Assembly (NCBI GenBank): GCA_963652435.1
Contig: CAVJTV010000002.1
Span: forward strand, 1 to 41,394
DNA from: Desulfovibrionaceae bacterium
GTDB lineage: Bacteria > Bacteroidota > Bacteroidia > Bacteroidales > Tannerellaceae
Length of the DNA stretch: 41,394 bases
Direction: 5' to 3'
In this document: positions 35,828 through 41,394 of the stretch, piece by piece
Numbering within the stretch: position 1 is the stretch's first letter
How the letters are laid out: each line of letters starts with the position of its first letter
The notes under the pieces: model-generated
What the model saw: only the letters and a program-made list of their open reading frames with translations
Told to the model about the DNA's origin: nothing
The model's database searches: none
Position numbers and translations under genes: made by a program

Positions 35828-38091
35828 TACTGTCTTCCGTTCATCAGCTCCTTTATACGGGATTTCTCTCCTACCACCCACACAAGATCGTCCTTCTCGA
35901 AGACTGTCTCATTGTCTGGCGTTGTAAGTGGCTCGCCGCTGCGCTCGAGCCCAACGATAAGGCAGCCGTAACGTTGCCCAACGTTTGCCTGACGAATGCT
36001 CTGTCCGAGGAACGAGAAGTCGTCGTCGACAACGAAGGAGTTGACAGTGATTTCTTCCGGTTGACGCTCTTCCGTGCTGCTAACGCTCTCCATTGCCTCA
36101 ATCTTAGCCTGAAAGGCTTTTAGTTGCTCGTCGGTGCCGACCACCACGACCTTGTCTTGCGGATAAAGATGCTCTGTACCTTTGGGTATGTATATCTTGC
36201 AGTCGCCACGCACAATCTCGACAACACTCACACCGAAATCCCGTCTAAGAGGTAGCTCTGCTAACGACTTGCCTACATACGGCGAGAGGGGCGAGACAGT
36301 CACTGCTGCCAGATGAATGTCTTTATCGCTTAGCTGATTGTTGAAGCTCGTCTTAAGCGGATTGCGCTTGCGATCTGCCTCTTCTCTGCGGTTAAGGTTC
36401 GTAAGGAAATGCGCCTCTAATCGGGCATACTGATTGAGGTCGCGACGGAACAAGACAATCAACGCAAGCACACCAACGGCAATAATCACTCCGAAGCTGT
36501 ATTGCATCTGATGGTATTTAATGAGCACAACTGCTACGAAGAAAATGGCAACGAACACCCTAAACAGTACAAGCGCAACAAGCCGACCGTGATTGTATCT
36601 GTCTGCCTTCCACAGGCGCATGAACAGCTCGGGAGAGTTGTATTTGTTTGCCACAAGACCTGAGAGAAAGGGTACCATCAAGAGAAGTGTCACCGTACTC
36701 ATCACAACACTGCCCCATGCCTTCATCCCGGGAAACCGCTCCAGCAGTAGAGGATGTATTACTCGGGTAGAAAGCAACAGTATGGCAGTCAGCAGAACCG
36801 CGTGAATTAGTATCTTCCCTGCATACTGCTTAAGGAGCTTTTGCCAATCGCTTTCGTGATTGATGGTCTTCGTTGCCGAGGAATACCTGTCGAGGAAGTC
36901 TCGCACCCCGTCGGGCAGTACTCCGTAAAGCCATTTCGCAAAGCTGCCGGAGAAGCGGATAAAGTACGGCGTCGTAAAGGTCGTTATCACCGATACGGCG
37001 ACGATGATGGGATAGACAAACTCGTCGAGCACTTTTAGGGAAACGCCAAGTGCCGCAATGATAAAGGCGAACTCACCTATCTGCGCCAAGCTGAAGCCCG
37101 ACTGTATGGAGGTCTTCAATGGCTGCCCCGAAAGCAGTACACCAAACGATGAGAAGAACGCTTTCCCGAAGATGGTAACCACTGTGATAAGTATAACCGG
37201 CAAGGCGTACTGCACAAGCACGGCAGGGTCGACCAGCATTCCTACAGAAACGAAGAAGATAGCACCGAAGAGGTCCTTCACCGGCTTGATAATATGTTCT
37301 ATGCGTTCTGCCTCAACAGTCTCGGCAAGTATCGAGCCCATGATGAACGCTCCCAAGGCAGCAGAGAAACCTGTCTTCGTCGCGACGACAACCATGCCAA
37401 GGCACAATCCCAGAGCTATCACCAGCAGCGTCTCGTCATTCATCAGCCGTTTCACCTTCTTCAAGAGAGCCGGTATGACAAATATCCCCACTAAGAACCA
37501 GAGGACAAGGAAAAAGGCGACCTTCAGCACACTTCCTATCATTTCTTCTCCGGCAAACTCCTGACTTACCGCCATTGTCGACAGCAAGACCATCATAATG
37601 ATGGCAACGAGGTCTTCCACCACCAACGTGCCGAACACGATGCCCGTGAACCGCCGGCTTCGCAGACCCAAATCATCGAATGCCTTTATGATAATCGTTG
37701 TCGACGACATCGAGAGCATCCCACCAAGGAATATGGAGTTCATCGTCGACCACCCAAGCACGTGCCCGATAAGATACCCCACGATTAGCATCGTAACGAC
37801 CTCGGTTATTGCCGTTATAAACGCTGTCGACCCGACGTTCATCAGTTTCTTGAAGCTAAACTCAAGCCCTAAGGCAAACAAGAGGAAGACGACTCCCATC
37901 TCTGCCCATAGGTTGATGTTTTCCACGTCGACCACTGTGGGGAATATACGGATATACGGTCCGGCAAGCAGTCCGGCAACGATGTATCCCAACACGAGCG
38001 GCTGCTTGAGCCATTTGAAGAGCAATGTTATCACCCCTGCGGAGATAAGGATAAGCGCAAGGTCAGAAATAAGAGCGGGTAGATGTGACAT
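35827..38091 (-). CDS. CPA2 cation:proton antiporter with TrkA-C (RCK-C) domains
   Basis: KQPLVLGYIVAG, GVVFLLFALGLEF, SSTTII, LVVEDL, AQIGEFAF; two C-terminal RCK-C-like repeats; -7 element at 38119-38126. Confidence 0.9.
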   Translation of the reverse strand: MSHLPALISDLALILISAGVITLLFKWLKQPLVLGYIVAGLLAGPYIRIFPTVVDVENINLWAEMGVVFLLFALGLEFSFKKLMNVGSTAFITAITEVVTMLIVGYLIGHVLGWSTMNSIFLGGMLSMSSTTIIIKAFDDLGLRSRRFTGIVFGTLVVEDLVAIIMMVLLSTMAVSQEFAGEEMIGSVLKVAFFLVLWFLVGIFVIPALLKKVKRLMNDETLLVIALGLCLGMVVVATKTGFSAALGAFIMGSILAETVEAERIEHIIKPVKDLFGAIFFVSVGMLVDPAVLVQYALPVILITVVTIFGKAFFSSFGVLLSGQPLKTSIQSGFSLAQIGEFAFIIAALGVSLKVLDEFVYPIIVAVSVITTFTTPYFIRFSGSFAKWLYGVLPDGVRDFLDRYSSATKTINHESDWQKLLKQYAGKILIHAVLLTAILLLSTRVIHPLLLERFPGMKAWGSVVMSTVTLLLMVPFLSGLVANKYNSPELFMRLWKADRYNHGRLVALVLFRVFVAIFFVAVVLIKYHQMQYSFGVIIAVGVLALIVLFRRDLNQYARLEAHFLTNLNRREEADRKRNPLKTSFNNQLSDKDIHLAAVTVSPLSPYVGKSLAELPLRRDFGVSVVEIVRGDCKIYIPKGTEHLYPQDKVVVVGTDEQLKAFQAKIEAMESVSSTEERQPEEITVNSFVVDDDFSFLGQSIRQANVGQRYGCLIVGLERSGEPLTTPDNETVFEKDDLVWVVGEKSRIKELMNGRQ

Positions 38092-38215
38092 GATTTGTAA
38101 TGTTTGTATGTTGGCGGACAAAAGTAATGTTTTCCGTGATTTACCCGCCGTAGCCGGTGCTTTTCTTTACTTTTGCCGGCACAAACAATAATCTATTCAT
38201 TTAATCAGTAATCGC

Positions 38216-39082
38216 ATGAAAAGCAAGATCGCCTTTTTGTTAGTCCTAAGCTTTTGCATCTCCTTCATGGGGATGGCTCAGAGCACAGTTCACGAATCGC
38301 TCAAGTTCCACAGCGAGAAGCTCGGGAGGGATGTGTCCTATTCCGTTTATCTGCCCGATGGCTACGACACGTCGAGCCGTCTTTATCCCGTACTCTATCT
38401 CCTGCACGGCTACACCGACAACGAGACAGCCTGGGTACAGCAGGGCTGCATGCAGGAGATAACAGACCACGCGATAGAGAGCGGAAGCGCAGTACCGATG
38501 ATTGTTGTCATGCCCGACGCATGGGACACGTGGTACGTCAACCAGTACGACGGCAAGGCTCCCTACGAGGATATGTTCTTCGAAGAGCTGATACCTTTCG
38601 TCGAGAAGACCTACCGTGCAAGGAGCAGCAAGGAGTTTCGCGCCATTGCCGGACTGTCGATGGGTGGTTTCGGTTCGTTTCTCTACTCCCTCCACCATCC
38701 GGATATGTTCAGTGCATGCGCGCCGCTCAGTGCAGCCGTGTTCGAAGACAGTGTGCTCGAGCAACGCAAGGAGACGAAGTCGCACGGCAACCTCTTCAAC
38801 CGCATCTGCGGTCCCGGGCTTGACCACTGGCATAAGAACAGTGTGCTGAAGATTCTCTCCGAGCTGGACAAGGAGCATCTGCCTCAGGTGCGATACTACG
38901 TCGATTGCGGCGACAGAGACGACCTACTCGACGGAAACTACCGTGCGCATCAGCTCATGAACGAGAAAGGGATAAAGCACGAGTTCCGCGTGCGTGGCGG
39001 CGAACATAATTGGATGTATTGGCGCACAGCCCTGCCGGAAGTGCTCCACTTCGTGAGCGAGCCTTTCCGCAGGAACTACTAA
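38216..39082 (+). CDS. Exported alpha/beta-hydrolase esterase (CE1-like)
   Basis: YPVLYLLHG, AGLSMGG nucleophile elbow, DCGDRD, GEHNWMYW; -7 element at 38168-38175. Confidence 0.9.
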   Translation: MKSKIAFLLVLSFCISFMGMAQSTVHESLKFHSEKLGRDVSYSVYLPDGYDTSSRLYPVLYLLHGYTDNETAWVQQGCMQEITDHAIESGSAVPMIVVMPDAWDTWYVNQYDGKAPYEDMFFEELIPFVEKTYRARSSKEFRAIAGLSMGGFGSFLYSLHHPDMFSACAPLSAAVFEDSVLEQRKETKSHGNLFNRICGPGLDHWHKNSVLKILSELDKEHLPQVRYYVDCGDRDDLLDGNYRAHQLMNEKGIKHEFRVRGGEHNWMYWRTALPEVLHFVSEPFRRNY

Positions 39083-39184
39083 AGATACCGTCGCAGTCTT
39101 GTGGTCGCAGTCGGAGGGCACTGTGTCTGCTTTCTTTCCATCTTTCCAGTATTCTACACTGTAGTTGCCCTCGGGCGACGACAC

Positions 39185-39232
39185 AAAATAGTCCTGCGCC
39201 TGGAGGGCATCTCCACAGAGCAGGACTGTTTT
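39185..39232. terminator. Hairpin between the convergent esterase and tatC genes
   Basis: AAAATAGTCCTGC...GCAGGACTGTTTT inverted repeat with an inner TGGAG/CTCCA stem. Confidence 0.55.
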
Positions 39233-39255
39233 CACATCATTGTAACATTTCTACT

Positions 39256-40110
39256 TCACTCGTCCGCTTCCTCGTCTCCGTCGTCAGCATCCTCATCCGG
39301 TGCTTTCCGCACGAAGAACGCACTCAGCTCATACAATCCGTACAGAGGGAAGAACACAACGCTCAGCGTAAACGGATCGCTGCTCGGAGTGATGAAGGCG
39401 GCTGCAACAAGAAGCCCCACGATGGCATGACGGCGATACTTATGGAAGAACCCGCGATGCAGGAATCCCAACTTCGACAGCAACCACGAGACAAGCGGCA
39501 TCTCGAACACAATCCCCATAACGAATATCAGCATAAGGAAGTTGTCCATATACGAATCCAGGGAGACCTGCTCGGTGATATTCGCGCTCAGCTGATACGT
39601 AGCCAAGAAACGAAGCGTCATCGGGAACACCATGAAATAGCCCACGGCACATCCCAAGAAAAACATTATCGTCCCGAAGAAGAACACCCACCGGATGTTC
39701 TTCTTCTCGTTCTCGTACAGTGCCGGACGGATAAACCGCCACACCTCGTACATAAGATAAGGGAACGTCAGCACCAACGCCAGCCAAAACGACGTGGTCA
39801 TGTGCGTGAAGAACTGCGATGCCAGCTTGATGTTGACGATGTCTACATGAAAAGAGTCGTTGCAGAAGTCGGGCAACACATCGAACCACGGACTTATGCC
39901 CGCAAGCCACTGGTTCAAACCGCACAGCCACCGATAGAGAATAAAATCCGAATAGCAGGGAGCCATTATCACGTGATCGAAAAGATCACGCATAAAGGCG
40001 AAGCTACCGATGGCAAAAACAAAGAGCGCGAGAAGAGAACGGAATAAAGTCCAACGAAGTTCTTCCAGGTGATCCCAGAACGACATTTCCTCCTGTTCCA
40101 ATTCTTCCAT
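39256..40110 (-). CDS. tatC: Twin-arginine translocase subunit TatC
   Basis: MSFWDHLEELR, FIRPALYENE, FEMP, YRRHAIV, ITPSSDP. Confidence 0.96.
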   Translation of the reverse strand: MEELEQEEMSFWDHLEELRWTLFRSLLALFVFAIGSFAFMRDLFDHVIMAPCYSDFILYRWLCGLNQWLAGISPWFDVLPDFCNDSFHVDIVNIKLASQFFTHMTTSFWLALVLTFPYLMYEVWRFIRPALYENEKKNIRWVFFFGTIMFFLGCAVGYFMVFPMTLRFLATYQLSANITEQVSLDSYMDNFLMLIFVMGIVFEMPLVSWLLSKLGFLHRGFFHKYRRHAIVGLLVAAAFITPSSDPFTLSVVFFPLYGLYELSAFFVRKAPDEDADDGDEEADE

Positions 40111-40115
40111 CGCTC

Positions 40116-40310
40116 TTACTTCTTATCGCCTTCTTCCAGCTTTATGTCGTCTTCCAGACCTTTCACTCCGTCCTTGAAGTTCTTTACGCCCTTACCGATA
40201 CCTTTCATCAGCTCGGGGATCTTTTTACCGCCGAAAAGGAGCAATACAACAATGGCGATGATTACTATCTCGCCAGTACCCAAATTCCCTAAGAATAACA
40301 ATTCGTTCAT
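40116..40310 (-). CDS. tatA: Twin-arginine translocase subunit TatA/E
   Basis: [35 protein letters not shown]; -7 element on - strand at 40349-40356. Confidence 0.95.
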   Translation of the reverse strand: MNELLFLGNLGTGEIVIIAIVVLLLFGGKKIPELMKGIGKGVKNFKDGVKGLEDDIKLEEGDKK

Positions 40311-40430
40311 GATAATTCGTTTATTTGATTAGTTGATTTTAAGTGCGGCAAAGGTAGGGCAGCGACCCCGTTATGCCAAAATTATTACCTTTGCGCCGTA
40401 TTAAAAATCTGAAATTAGAATAGTATTAGA

Positions 40431-41315
40431 ATGATGAATGCGTACGTTTTCCCCGGTCAGGGAGCACAGTTTGTCGGAATGGGCAAGGACCTTTACGAGA
40501 GTAACGCCCTTGCCAAGGAATTGTTTGAAAAAGCGAACGAAATTCTCGGTTTCCGCATCACGGACCTCATGTTTGAGGGCACCGACGAAGACCTGCGTCA
40601 GACAAAGGTGACGCAGCCCGCCGTTTTCCTGCACTCGGTTATTCTCGCCCTGACATCGGGCGAACAGTTTAAGCCGGACATGACCGCCGGTCACTCTTTG
40701 GGCGAGTTCTCTGCCCTTGTCGCAGCCGGTGCGCTGTCGTTTGACGACGGCTTGACGCTGGTTTCCAAACGGGCTATGGCGATGCAGAAAGCCTGCGAAG
40801 CCACGCCGTCGACCATGGCAGCCGTGCTGGCGTTGCCCGACGAGAAGGTGGAAGAGATTTGCGCGACAATCACAGACGAGGTGGTTGTGTGTGCAAACTA
40901 CAACTGCCCCGGGCAGATAGTTATCTCCGGCACCATTCCGGGCATCGACCTTGCCTGCGAGAAGATGCTTGCGGCAGGAGCCAAGCGTGCCTTGAAGCTG
41001 AAGGTGGGAGGCGCGTTCCACTCGCCGCTTATGGAGCCGGCGCGCGAGGAGCTGGCTGCGGCTATCAGGGAAACACCTATCCACACACCCTCCTGCCCCG
41101 TCTTTCAGAATGTAAGCACGGTGGGCGAGACCGCCCCCGAGACAATCAAGGCAAACCTCATCGCACAGCTGACAGCACCCGTCCGCTGGACACAGAGCAT
41201 AAGAAACATGATTGCTGCCGGTGCCGACCACTTCGTCGAGTTAGGTCCGGGAGCCGTTCTTCAGGGGATGATAAAGAAAATCGACCCGAACGTAACCTTC
41301 GAAGGCAGGCAATAA
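40431..41315 (+). CDS. fabD: Malonyl-CoA:ACP transacylase
   Basis: FPGQGAQ, TQPA, GHSLGE, GAFHS, ELGPG; -7 element at 40386-40393. Confidence 0.96.
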   Translation: MMNAYVFPGQGAQFVGMGKDLYESNALAKELFEKANEILGFRITDLMFEGTDEDLRQTKVTQPAVFLHSVILALTSGEQFKPDMTAGHSLGEFSALVAAGALSFDDGLTLVSKRAMAMQKACEATPSTMAAVLALPDEKVEEICATITDEVVVCANYNCPGQIVISGTIPGIDLACEKMLAAGAKRALKLKVGGAFHSPLMEPAREELAAAIRETPIHTPSCPVFQNVSTVGETAPETIKANLIAQLTAPVRWTQSIRNMIAAGADHFVELGPGAVLQGMIKKIDPNVTFEGRQ

Positions 41316-41344
41316 CCCCTGTCCTCCTCGCAAGACATACCCGA

Positions 41345-41377
41345 AGGGCTGCGCCGCAAATAAGCGCAGCCTTTTTT
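41345..41377 (+). terminator. Intrinsic terminator after fabD
   Basis: GGCTGCGC...GCGCAGCC stem followed by TTTTTT. Confidence 0.85.
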
Positions 41378-41394
41378 GTTTGCCGCAGACCTGC

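Noticed and set aside
39010..40047. 345-aa + strand ORF
   Set aside because: Antisense to tatC; its composition mirrors the hydrophobic codons on the opposite strand.

Overview
Bacteroidales chromosomal window (TAnnTTTG -7 promoters, SusC/SusD, T9SS porT; Parabacteroides/Tannerellaceae-like by eye), mostly housekeeping: recQ (partial), clpX, clpP, tig, M23 peptidase, HAD, cdsA, porT, a ferredoxin missed by the ORF track, nusB-yajC-ybbR-coaE, pbpC, nadK, pdxJ-exbB-exbD-tonB-DJ-1, menA, MATE, dnaX, FtsB-like gene, susC/susD, CPA2 antiporter, esterase, tatAC, fabD. I found no rRNA, tRNA, CRISPR, transposase or integrase. Best leads: (1) a probably leaderless, signal-peptide-bearing ORF (25399-25797) whose stop codon opens a long-range stem that sequesters the next gene's initiation region, the layout of a SecM/MifM-like arrest-peptide monitor; (2) an ECF sigma factor fused in frame to a TM helix and anti-sigma-like tail, heading an accessory cassette; (3) an A10 run in dnaX with stops in both shifted frames (tau/gamma recoding); (4) three perfect in-frame tandem duplications (12, 30, 36 bp) in recQ, tig and pbpC; (5) four intergenic repeat arrays, one a palindrome array with variable spacers. 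All family names come from motif recognition, not database searches.
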